From NCBI GenBank assembly GCA_043813875.1, contig JBDRKP010000054.1:751-64750 (forward strand): a stretch of DNA of 64,000 nucleotides, written 5' to 3'. The translations under genes were made by a program, and so were the position numbers. The stretch is from an archaeon (GTDB lineage: Archaea; EX4484-52; B79-G9). Under the pieces are notes generated by a model that had not been told where the DNA came from, did no database searches, and saw only the letters and a list, made by a program, of their open reading frames with translations. Shown in pieces: positions 48,355 through 57,791 of this stretch. How positions within the stretch are numbered: position 1 is the stretch's first letter; each line of letters opens with the position of its first letter.

Positions 48355-48610
48355 AGACACGCCCTCCATAAATATCTTTTTCTTTAGAAAAAGCCTAACA
48401 GTGCGAAGCACCGACGCTCCCCGTAATCTTGAGACGAAGCCGAAACACACTGTCCGAAGGACAACGCCCATCTCTCGTTTTTTAAAAAGTAATCCAAGAA
48501 TTGAAATCAACAACGAATTCTATTCACTTTTCCACGCTCTTCTTATTCTCCAACTCACATCATAAATAATCGCCAATTACCCAAAAAATCCATCAAGCGC
48601 CACCCCACCC

Positions 48611-49375
48611 TCAAACAGCATCACTCTTCTCAAAAAAATAAGCCCCAAGAGACACCATGATTACAGAGAACCCAAGAAGCACAAAAAAATCAGTCGCAAC
48701 CCCAAACGACGAAAACCCGATAAGCGCTCCCCGCAACCCGTCAACCCCGTAAGTAAGCGGATCAAGATACGACAGGTACCGAACAACAGCCGGCAGGTTC
48801 TCAAGCGGGAACAGTGCCCCCGACAAGAAGAAAAGCGGGAAGATGACGAAATTCATTATCATGTTGAACCCCTGTATGTCCTTCATATTCGATGCGAAGA
48901 TAAGCCCAAGCCCGATAAACGTGCAGGCGATCAAGACCATGAACACCACCGCAGTCAGAAACTGCGCCACTCCCACAACCTCAAAACCCATCAGCAAAGA
49001 GATCAGAAGAATCATCATCCCCTGGATCAAAGCCGTAGTAGTCCCGCCTGCGATCCTCCCAAGGACGATAGACACCCGGTCGACCGGCGCCACCATGATC
49101 TCCTTCAGGAACCCGAACTCCCTGTCCCACAGGACCGAGATTCCCGCAAACATGGACGTAAAAAGCATAGTCATCCCGATGATCCCCGGCACAAGAAACT
49201 GGATATAATTGACCCCGCTAGGCACATTAGGGATAGCCGCCGTATTGAACCCGAACCCGAGAAACGCAAGAAAAAAAAGCGGCATCGCAAGAGTGCCGAT
49301 AATCCTCGACTTGGCCCGCACAAACCTCTTCATCTCCCGAAGCCACATCACATAGATCGCAGTCGTATTAATCAT
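48611..49375 (-). CDS. ABC-2 type transporter permease
   Basis: 6 TM helices of the ABC-2 family. It overlaps the upstream ATPase gene by 4 bp. Confidence 0.8.
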   Translation of the reverse strand: MINTTAIYVMWLREMKRFVRAKSRIIGTLAMPLFFLAFLGFGFNTAAIPNVPSGVNYIQFLVPGIIGMTMLFTSMFAGISVLWDREFGFLKEIMVAPVDRVSIVLGRIAGGTTTALIQGMMILLISLLMGFEVVGVAQFLTAVVFMVLIACTFIGLGLIFASNMKDIQGFNMIMNFVIFPLFFLSGALFPLENLPAVVRYLSYLDPLTYGVDGLRGALIGFSSFGVATDFFVLLGFSVIMVSLGAYFFEKSDAV

Positions 49376-50370
49376 CGTCTCATCCTCATTCTCCTCTTGA
49401 TCAATTCCCTGTTCCGCTCCCCCTGGCTTGCTTCCTCCTCCCTTATGGTCTTCCCCGTGAAATGCAGGAACACATCCTCAAGGCTCGGCTTATGCAGGTT
49501 CACGCTCACGACATTGGTCCCCGTCTTCTCTGCCGCGCTCATAAGCTCAGGGATCCTCTTCTCGCCGCTCACGGCAGTTATATCAATATGCCTTTCGCGC
49601 TCCTTGATCTTCTGGACCCACTTGAACCCGGAAAGTACATCCCTGAACTTCTTGACATCACCCTCGATCTCGAGGCATATCGCATCCCCGCCAAGCACAT
49701 CCTTCAGTTTCGCCGGCGTATCCATGGCGACAATCTTCCCATTATCGATGATAGCGATCCTGTCGCATAGATAGTCCGCCTCCTCCATATAATGCGTAGT
49801 AAGAATTATCGTGACCTGCCCCTCCTTATTCAGCTTCTGGATATACTCCCAGATATGCCTCCTCGTCTGCGGGTCAAGCCCAAGCGTCGGCTCGTCAAGA
49901 AAAAGCACCTTAGGCCTGTGGATAAGCCCCCTTGCGATCTCAAGCCTCCTCTTCATGCCCCCTGAATAATTCTCGACAAGCACATCTGCCTTATCCTTAA
50001 GCTCGACAAGCGAAAGCACCTCATTAATCCTCTCATCTCTCAGTTTTTTCTGCATCCCGTACATCATCGCATGGAACTCAAGATTCTCCCGACCGGTGAG
50101 CTGGAAATCAAGCGCAGGCTCCTGAAAGACAATCCCTATGCTTCTCCTCACATCATCCTTGTGGAGGCTCACGTCAAACCCTGCCACTTCAGCATGGCCA
50201 GACGTAGATTTAAGCAGAGTGGAAAGAATATTGATAGTAGTCGTCTTGCCGGCGCCATTAGGCCCAAGCAGCCCGAAAAGCTCACCAGTTTTAACAGCAA
50301 ACGAAAGAGAATCCACAGCAACAAAATCCCCGAACTTCTTGGTCAGCTTTTCAACCTTTATAGCATCCAT
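49372..50370 (-). CDS. ABC transporter ATP-binding protein (DrrA-like exporter ATPase)
   Basis: GPNGAGKTT, YSGGMKRRL and LFLDEPTLGLD, with a C-terminal extension typical of the DrrA/CcmA family. Confidence 0.9.
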   Translation of the reverse strand: MDAIKVEKLTKKFGDFVAVDSLSFAVKTGELFGLLGPNGAGKTTTINILSTLLKSTSGHAEVAGFDVSLHKDDVRRSIGIVFQEPALDFQLTGRENLEFHAMMYGMQKKLRDERINEVLSLVELKDKADVLVENYSGGMKRRLEIARGLIHRPKVLFLDEPTLGLDPQTRRHIWEYIQKLNKEGQVTIILTTHYMEEADYLCDRIAIIDNGKIVAMDTPAKLKDVLGGDAICLEIEGDVKKFRDVLSGFKWVQKIKERERHIDITAVSGEKRIPELMSAAEKTGTNVVSVNLHKPSLEDVFLHFTGKTIREEEASQGERNRELIKRRMRMRR

Positions 50371-50432
50371 AAACTCACAATCATATTATTGATTCAAATC
50401 ATCTTAAAATTTGCAGTCATTCCCGACATCAA

Positions 50433-51393
50433 GGCTTTGTCCCAAAATACGGTTGGTAAAATATAATTAGTACAGCGTACATATTTTATCTTGGGAAATC
50501 AAAATGAGCAGGCTGCATAAATTGTAGTGACTTTTATTCTTTATGGTTCCGTTCGACAAAAGAGCGTGGCAATATACAACGCTTCAAATGTAAGTCTTGC
50601 GGTTCTGTTTTTGTAAAAGACGACGGCTTCAGATGGAGACACAAGAGCAGGAAAACAATAATCGATAGCTTACTTCTTTCCACGAAGCTCTCTTTCAGAG
50701 AAGTCAGGGAAATCATGTATGTCAGCAAGAATACGATTTGGGCATGGCTAAAATGTTATACTGTAAAGCTTTCCGCATATCTGAAAGAGAAGATACAGAT
50801 GCAATGCGAAAAACTCCACATGGATGAGCTTTTTCTCAGTATGTGCAATGGTTTCCATTACATCTGGGATGCTATATGCAGCGACACAAAATATGGATAT
50901 TGGTTTCTTGCCGAAAAAAGAACATCAAATAATGCAAAAAAGCTGATGAGAATGAGTGCGATACCACTCGATAAACTCATAACAGACGGATTTTTCTCAT
51001 ACATACGGCCAGTAAAGGAGGTCTACGGATTACGCTTCTATTACACGAAATATCACCGCTGCGAATCCTTTGAAGACAAGAAAAACAACAATATAATCGA
51101 ACGCTTGCAGAACACATTAAGAAGATACCTGCACTTCAAGCGTGGTTTCTATAGCTGTAAGACAGGGAATGTATTCCTGGATTTCGTCAAAATATATTAC
51201 AACTTTGTCAGAAATCATATGGCGATTGGATGTACCCCTGCAGAGAAAGCAGGATTGATATGTTTCTTAGAGGAAAAGAGAGAGTATGACCGGTTGAGGA
51301 AGTTGATTGAACTCTCTTTTTTGCGTTTGTTTTACAGTTGTTGGTCATTGGTTCAATTGGATTTTGGCTCACCAACCGTAAATTGGGACAAAG
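50433..51393 (+). mobile_element. IS6-family insertion sequence, copy 1 (about 960 bp) with 20-27-bp terminal inverted repeats
   Basis: IRL GGCTTTGTCCCAAAATACGGTTGGTAA at 50433-50459. IRR is the reverse complement, CCGTAAATTGGGACAAAGCC, at about 51371-51393 (2 mismatches). The internal DDE transposase carries the IS6-type zinc-finger N-terminus. Confidence 0.75.
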
Positions 51394-51416
51394 CCGACAA
51401 CTGTCTCAGAAAATAA
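50503..51416 (+). pseudogene. IS6-family transposase, N-terminus disrupted (frameshift between MSRLHKL and the zinc-finger/HTH frame)
   Basis: The ATG at about 50503 gives MSRLHKL then a stop. The +1 frame continues RFKCKSCGSVF...LSFREVREIM into the tracked ORF 50715..51416 (HMDELF ... TDGFF ... IIERLQNTLRR, a DDE-like motif). Compare the intact N-terminus of copy 2 (MSCCIYCGS...RFYCKDCMRIF). Confidence 0.6.
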
Positions 51417-51420
51417 TATA

Positions 51421-53296
51421 TATGCGTCCTGCACAAATATTGATTGACCGTGAATATCGTATATCTCCCGTGCCTGACATGAAAAAAGCATTCGCATTTA
51501 ACTGGATAATAACCGGCCTGATAGTAGGCCTTGTGGCCATCGGCATATTTCTAGGCATCCTCAACAACATCTTCACCGAACGCGCAAGACAGGATGCGAA
51601 CAAGCAGTTCTCAGACATGTACACCGACATAAACACCCTCTGCAAAGCAGGCGCAGGCGAAGAGACATACCGGAAAACAGAACTTCCCGACATCGTCGAA
51701 GCCATATACACGACAGACAATGTAAAAATATATCCCGATGATATCGACGAGAAAATAACTATCCATAACACTTCCATCGGGACATACTTATGCATGAAAT
51801 TAAGAGAAGAGAAACCTAAATGCAAAAAACTGAACTGCATAGCAGAAGTAAGCTACCTCGGCCAGAAAAAGACAGTATTATCCTTGGCAGACAAGATTCT
51901 AAAACGCTCAAGCTACACAACATATCCGCTTGACTTCACAAAAAAAGAATGCGGTGTCCGTGTTTTCGATGAGGATACCGGCGATGCGGATTCAATCATG
52001 GATTGCGGATACTGCGGAGATAATATCATAGATTCAGACGAGATATGTGATGGCAATGACGGATGCAGTGGATCTATGGTCTGTAAAGACGATTGCAGCA
52101 TATGCGAATCAGGGCCTGTACTGTCCTTCTCAGTCTCCTGTGACCCTGGTCATCCAGCTGACGCCGTCTTCGTAAATACCGACAAGACCTTATGCTTTGA
52201 CGGAAAGAAACGGTTCCCACTTTCAATGCATGCTGTATGTTATCCTTGGCAAGAAGGTAGGGATTCTACCGTATCTCCATGCAATCCAGACACATTTACA
52301 GGAGCATTCAATGCAGACTCAGCACATTCAGGTTCAACGTATTCAAGTGCTGGAATCCACGGGAGTATTTCAATAACAAATGCTCCAAGCAGTGATTCTG
52401 GTTTTACCTTCTACGTCCAGCCGGATGAACCAGCAGACTCTTTGATGTCAACAGTCCGTGATTATTATGATACTGCGCATACTAGTGATCCAGAACATCC
52501 TGTTATTCTAAATCACTGGCATAACCTTATGACGTGGTCTCAATATGCAGATATAATTACTTGGGATACATATACCCTCCGTTATGGTAGTCCTACTACC
52601 TGGGATAACTGGGACAGAGACGATTTCTTGTATGCATGGGAATATCAATCCAAGGCCGCTGCCTTGCCTAGCAATGATATTGAAGATATTCCGAAGCCGG
52701 TGTGGGCTGTTCTTCAAGCCAACGGAATTTCTTTTAGCGAAGGATCATCTCAATTTTACATACCGACACAAAAAGAGGCAAGAGCGCAGGCATATACTGC
52801 CATAACTACGAATGTAAATGGTCTGGGTTGGTGGGGAAATAAGGTTGATAGTAACCTCAATGTAATCGGGTTGGATAGAGATGAAACTGTACAGACGTAT
52901 TTCATTAATCTTGGAAAAGAACTGACAGGATTAAATGACATTCTGATACTTCCGTCAACAGATTATTCGTGGGAATATCGTCCAGGTACAATGGTTTCAT
53001 TCAGCGATAAATACACAAAGTCTCTTGGCGGTTATGTCAATCATATATTCTCTTCAAACTTCAACTACATGCTCAAGCAAAATGGAGCAACCTATTATCT
53101 GATTGTTGTCAACAAAGACATCCGCCCAATATCTGATGTGGATATCACCACAAGCGGATTATCCGGAGTGATGACCGCCAGAACTATTGGATTGGCTGAA
53201 GCCGGAAGCGTTCCAGGAAGAACCTTGGCCGTGACAGAGGGCAGATTCAGAGACTCTTTTGACGGCTATGCAGTGCACATCTATATGATTGAATGA
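51421..53296 (+). CDS. Secreted/membrane-anchored Cys-rich protein (cargo between the two IS6 copies)
   Basis: N-terminal signal anchor (MKKAFAFNWIITGLIVGLVAIGIFLGI), a Cys-rich module (DCGYCGDNIIDSDEICDGNDGCSGSMVCKDDCSICESG), then an approximately 400-aa Trp-rich domain. The track start at 51338 runs through the IS right IR; the ATG at 51421 or 51479 is more likely. Confidence 0.5.
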
Positions 53297-53484
53297 TGCG
53301 CATCGTTTGACCCCTCATTAGTGTGTTATCTTCTCATTCTCTTTCTTTACCATCTCATACCGCCTATCAAGCGCCTTCCTGATCATCTCCTTTGCGATGG
53401 CAAGCGCCGCATCCCTCGGCATCACGCCTTCCTTTTCCGCGCGCGACAGGACAAGCTCGGTATTCCTGTTGATCTTCTCCTCAA

Positions 53485-53733
53485 TCATCCGGTAACCGTA
53501 TTCTTGCATACCGGCATGAACTCTTCAACTTCACGAAACGACATTTTAGTCGTCAAAAGGATGCTCTTCACGATTGTTTCTTTGCTCTTGTGCTTGTTCT
53601 TGAAACCACCGTCCACAACAAAGATTCGCATACAGTCTTTGCAATAGAACCTTTGGATCTTACCTCGCTCTTTAGTAAGTCTTGACCCGTATTTTATTAA
53701 AGAGAGAGAACCACAATATATACAGCAGCTCAT
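53485..53733 (-). pseudogene. Truncated IS6-family transposase (N-terminal zinc-finger/HTH region only), copy 2
   Basis: MSCCIYCGS...KERGKIQRFYCKDCMRIFVVDGGFKNKHKSKETIVKSILLTTKMSFREVEEFM is homologous to the copy-1 N-terminal frame. It stops after 82 aa and has no DDE domain. Confidence 0.6.
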
Positions 53734-53904
53734 GTTTTATCTCCTAATAAAATATGGCTGCTACTATAGTCAAGGCATGAAATAAATGAGCAAACATCGC
53801 CAAAAACCAATTTGCCTTGATCTATATGGGAAGGCACTCTGCTCAATTTATTAGTGCCTTCACTATAGTTATTTAAATTACCAACCGTATTTTGGGACAG
53901 TGCC
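53500..53904 (-). mobile_element. Partial IS6-family element, copy 2 (inverted orientation), retaining the left terminal IR
   Basis: TTACCAACCGTATTTTGGGACAGTGCC at 53878-53904 is the reverse complement of the copy-1 IRL with 2 mismatches. Homology to copy 1 ends near 53500. Confidence 0.6.
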
Positions 53905-55005
53905 AACATCAAAAAACCCTCTCTTTATCCCCACATAAGCGCACTGCCCATAACTCACCCCGTAGTCCCCGCAGGCGACATCGACATTCATCTTCACACC
54001 CTTATCCGTAAGTATCCCCCTGATGATGGAATTATAAGCGACACCGCCGGAAAACACAATCTCCTTCTTGTACTTGGAAGCGATACCAAACAACCCGGAA
54101 GCGACATAATGATGCGCAGTCGCCGAAAGTCTCCCCTTATCCGAATCCCGGTTCTCATACAGGAACTCAAAAAGCCGGGTAGTATCAAGTATCCATCTAT
54201 CCTTCATCTTGATCACAGGCAAAAGCTCAAACGGCTCTGCCCCGATTGCATGCTTCTCAAGAACAATCGCCGGCTCCCCGTCATAAGTCCTCTTTCTACA
54301 GAACCCAAGCATAGCCGAAACCGCATCAAGCACCCGCCCGCAACTGGTCGTATGAAACACATTGAAACCAAGCTCAGCCTGCCTACTCATCAAAGACACC
54401 TCAGCCGGATCAAATCCCTCAAGCTTGCCGATCTCATCACGAGAAAGGAACTTCGTCAATATCCCAAAAAGCATCCTGAGAGGATACATGACAGCGCTGT
54501 CACCCCCGACCATCATCTGCTCCTCAAGCGACCCCACGCGCTTGTCACCCAAAAATACCTCGCCGCCCCATATCTTTCCGTCACTCCCATATCCCGTCCC
54601 GTCGCACGCGATGCCGCAGAAATCATCATCAATAATTCCATTCTCAACAGCAGCAGAATACACATGCGCCGCATGATGCTGCACATCGACAAGTTCAGCG
54701 CCAGCCTCATCCGCGACCTCTTTCGCATACTCCCTGTTGGAATATTGAGGATGCATATCCCGCGCCACAACATCAATAGGACCCGTCGTTTTCATAATTT
54801 TGACAACCGCCGCCCTGAAAGCATCCATATTCTCCACATAAGAAAGATCCCCGAAATTGCGCGACAGATGCGCCTTATTACCCGAAAACACACAGAAACT
54901 CCCGTTCGCCTCCGCCCCCATTCCAAGAATCGTGCTGGAACATATTGGAATCCCCAGATCAAAAGAATGATTCCCCTTCCGTAAAGATGACTGTCCCTCT
55001 GCCAT
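53878..55005 (-). CDS. HypF-like carbamoyltransferase Kae1/YrdC-type C-terminal domain protein (stand-alone), with its C-terminus supplied by the IS terminal repeat
   Basis: VQHHAAHVYSAAVENG and ACDGTGYGSDGKIWGGEV match the HypF C-terminal (Kae1-like) domain. The last residues TVPKYGW-stop are encoded by the IS6 IR. Confidence 0.65.
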   Translation of the reverse strand: MAEGQSSLRKGNHSFDLGIPICSSTILGMGAEANGSFCVFSGNKAHLSRNFGDLSYVENMDAFRAAVVKIMKTTGPIDVVARDMHPQYSNREYAKEVADEAGAELVDVQHHAAHVYSAAVENGIIDDDFCGIACDGTGYGSDGKIWGGEVFLGDKRVGSLEEQMMVGGDSAVMYPLRMLFGILTKFLSRDEIGKLEGFDPAEVSLMSRQAELGFNVFHTTSCGRVLDAVSAMLGFCRKRTYDGEPAIVLEKHAIGAEPFELLPVIKMKDRWILDTTRLFEFLYENRDSDKGRLSATAHHYVASGLFGIASKYKKEIVFSGGVAYNSIIRGILTDKGVKMNVDVACGDYGVSYGQCAYVGIKRGFFDVGTVPKYGW

Positions 55006-55079
55006 GGATTATAATCTGTTATCTAAAAATTAAATACCTGTAATAATTCTGCAACCGTAGACTCACAGATTGTATATAA

Positions 55080-56021
55080 TTACGCAAACATATGGTCTAG
55101 GTCCGGTGTGTTCTTATTGTAAAAATCATCAATGCGCATTTTTTGTTTTTCACACATTTCACTGAACAGATTTTCATTCACTGCCATATCCAGCAAAGAA
55201 CAGATGCCTTGATATATGGTTTTGCTGCTATTGACCACATTATCAAAGCTTGGGAATTCATCATATTTTATGCCTGCTTTGATGACCATGCAATTGACCG
55301 GTGTTCTGTCTTCGTTTTGCGCTCCCCTTCGTTGTTGCGCTATGTCCTGTATCATATAAGCATGATGGTCTTTCAATGATCCTCTACTGTTCAAAGGTTT
55401 GGCTTTAAACGAATCTAATATTTTATCAGTATACTCGTCTCCATCATATGCGCCTGTATAGTAAAAGCCGTCGCCATTTTTATTGATCTTGTCCTTGAAC
55501 ATGCCTATGGAGATGATATTTTTGATCTCATTTTCAATAGCTATCTTGTAAGTGCAATGCCTGACGATATGATCGTTCTCAGGGCTATATCCTGTTTTAG
55601 GTAATGAAAATATTGTATTCTTATCCAGAGAGTAGAACAGGGCTGTTTCAGGTATTTCTGCCTGTCCGTGATAATCATGGATTTCTGGTTCATTGAAGTT
55701 CGTTATATACGCGAGCGGTTTGGCATTTAGTTGCTTGATGACAGTCTTAAGTGCTATTGCATTCGGAAATGGATCATGTGGCAGCATCAATGTATTGCTT
55801 GCAGCAGCTTCTATGATTGTGGCATCTTTGAATTTGAGTTGTGATTTCAGGAATTCCTTATCATAGATTATATGTTCATCATAGTTTATTCCATTTGTTT
55901 CCATGATATTCACATCAAAATCTATCTGGTATTGCTTTATTTCACAAAACATTTTAAATACTTTCTGGTTGTAACAAAAAACAAATATCATCCCACCCAA
56001 ACATGAGACGAAAATATTCAC
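55080..56021 (-). CDS. Hypothetical protein (AT-rich; possible small accessory island with the adjacent NTase/HEPN pair)
   Basis: 313 aa with no recognised domain and lower GC than the flanking core genes. Confidence 0.35.
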   Translation of the reverse strand: MNIFVSCLGGMIFVFCYNQKVFKMFCEIKQYQIDFDVNIMETNGINYDEHIIYDKEFLKSQLKFKDATIIEAAASNTLMLPHDPFPNAIALKTVIKQLNAKPLAYITNFNEPEIHDYHGQAEIPETALFYSLDKNTIFSLPKTGYSPENDHIVRHCTYKIAIENEIKNIISIGMFKDKINKNGDGFYYTGAYDGDEYTDKILDSFKAKPLNSRGSLKDHHAYMIQDIAQQRRGAQNEDRTPVNCMVIKAGIKYDEFPSFDNVVNSSKTIYQGICSLLDMAVNENLFSEMCEKQKMRIDDFYNKNTPDLDHMFA

Positions 56022-56131
56022 AAAGTCAGATGAACTTCCATTCTTATTGTGATTCGCATAAGGAATATATTTAAGTTATAAGATATCAATAGAGAGTATA
56101 TATGCATTGAAAAATATCTGATGACCTGATA

Positions 56132-56806
56132 TTGATACCTAAAAGATGTTGTAATATTAAAACCGGCGCGATAGATATGACTGCTAATCCAAAAAAACCC
56201 TCAAGTTCAAACCCAAAAATAAGTGATATGACTCAAAAATGGGTTCGTCTATTATTCCCATTCACAAACAATTATGGCGCAAGACTCACAGAAACAGAAC
56301 TATCACGATTATCAGACATACCCCAACAGACCGCGTCAAGATATCTGAACCAGCTGGTTGAACAGAACCTTATAGATTATACAAGACAGGGAAAAAACAA
56401 GCTATTCTACATAGACCATTCAAGACAGACATCAATCCTGCTTCTTGAAATACTCGAAGCGCACAAGGCATTGCATTTCCAGCAAAAATCCGGAGAGATA
56501 TCTCTGATAATCAACGACATCCTCAAAACTTTTGAATCTGTGATAGTATTCGGTTCCTACTCATCCTACACATTTGATAAAGATTCCGACCTTGACCTTG
56601 TCATAATCGGAAAGGACAATCAGGACCTCTTAAAACAGATAAAGCAGCGCCATACGATCAACATAAACGAACACATCTTATCCGCCAACGAATTTTCCAG
56701 ATCATTAAGATCAAAAAATCCCCTGTCTTTGGAGATACTGAAAAACCACATAATATTCGGCAACATTTCACGCATTGTCAGTCTTTTTTCAGAGGTGTCA
56801 GGATGA
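56132..56806 (+). CDS. HTH-fused nucleotidyltransferase (MNT family)
   Basis: wHTH (LSDIPQQTASRYLNQLVEQNLIDYTRQGKNKLFY) plus the NTase motif VIVFGSYSSYTFDKDSDLDLVIIG. Confidence 0.65.
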   Translation: MIPKRCCNIKTGAIDMTANPKKPSSSNPKISDMTQKWVRLLFPFTNNYGARLTETELSRLSDIPQQTASRYLNQLVEQNLIDYTRQGKNKLFYIDHSRQTSILLLEILEAHKALHFQQKSGEISLIINDILKTFESVIVFGSYSSYTFDKDSDLDLVIIGKDNQDLLKQIKQRHTININEHILSANEFSRSLRSKNPLSLEILKNHIIFGNISRIVSLFSEVSG

Positions 56807-57288
56807 ACCTCCAAAAGATATGCTGGTGTATCAATCAGAAGAAAGGGATACGTTTGATTGACCTGAAGCCGCACCTGAGCGAATCCTATATACTGGAAGC
56901 AGACGAAACCCTCGAAAATGTATTTACAGCCAAAGGTAAATGGAAACTGATAACCGCATACTATGCCGCATACAACGCGCTCTATTCCATATTGATGAAA
57001 TCAGGCATAAGATGCGAGATCCATGATTGCACAATTGAGTTGATGAGTTTATTTGGCTTCACAGATAAAGACACAGAATATATGAGAGACCTGAAAGACA
57101 AAAGGATCCAGGCGCAATATTACCTGAAAAATATCGCCTTGGATGACGAGCAGGATGTCAAGAGATTCATTCTGGAATGTAAACTGATATTAAGCTCTCT
57201 CAACTCAGAAAAAATAGAAAAGATAAGATCCGAAATATCGAAAGCAAAAGAGAGTCCGAATAATGATCTGTCCTCATACAACCAGTAA
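56803..57288 (+). CDS. HEPN-domain protein (partner of the upstream nucleotidyltransferase)
   Basis: 161-aa alpha-helical protein that overlaps the NTase gene by 4 bp. Same architecture as the other pairs. Confidence 0.55.
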   Translation: MNLQKICWCINQKKGIRLIDLKPHLSESYILEADETLENVFTAKGKWKLITAYYAAYNALYSILMKSGIRCEIHDCTIELMSLFGFTDKDTEYMRDLKDKRIQAQYYLKNIALDDEQDVKRFILECKLILSSLNSEKIEKIRSEISKAKESPNNDLSSYNQ

Positions 57289-57407
57289 CTTAAAAACAAC
57301 CACAACAACCCCGATAACAACAAACACATTGACAAGTATCTGCGCAACCGTGATCCCCAGAAATATCTTCGCCTGCGCATCCGGCGTCAGATTAGAGAAC
57401 CACTTCC

Positions 57408-57791
57408 TCATCCGGTATCAACCTCATCCACCGGAACAATCAGGACCGCCCCCATAAGTTCTCCATGCTTGATGACCCCGTCAGCAGCCACACAGAACAG
57501 CACCTTGTCAATCGACCTCTCGCTCGTGATAGGCAAAAAAAGATCCTCTCCCACACCGACGACAGCGCCAAGCGGATGCCTCATATAAGGGCACAGGATG
57601 ACGATATTATTCTTATGTATTGTGACTGTCTTCACATCGATGAACATGTTCGTATTATCCTCGATCTTCATCTCCTTCTTGCAATAGAGATAAGCGATCC
57701 GCATCCTGTCCTCTATCTCATAATTATAGTCCTTAAGATGCCTCTTCCTCGCCTCCTCATGCCCCGAAATCAGATGCTTTATATACGACAT
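57408..57791 (-). CDS. Hypothetical protein co-transcribed downstream of atpD
   Basis: A 127-aa ORF that overlaps the atpD 3' end by 13 bp. No domain recognised. Confidence 0.35.
   Translation of the reverse strand: MSYIKHLISGHEEARKRHLKDYNYEIEDRMRIAYLYCKKEMKIEDNTNMFIDVKTVTIHKNNIVILCPYMRHPLGAVVGVGEDLFLPITSERSIDKVLFCVAADGVIKHGELMGAVLIVPVDEVDTG

Noticed and set aside
50071-50466. A 131-aa ORF ending ...ALSQNTVGKI that reads into the IS6 left inverted repeat
   Set aside because: It lies antisense to the ABC ATPase gene. The apparent conservation of ALSQNTVG with ORF 53730..53912 is just both being translations of the IS terminal repeat.
53318-53509. A 63-aa ORF (MQEYGYRMIEEKINRNTELVLSRAEKEGVMPRDAALAIAKEMIRKALDRRYEMVKKENEKITH) at the inner edge of the truncated IS copy
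   Set aside because: It could be a C-terminal fragment of a gene destroyed when the second IS copy was truncated. No family could be assigned and it overlaps the transposase fragment frame, so it is not called as a gene.
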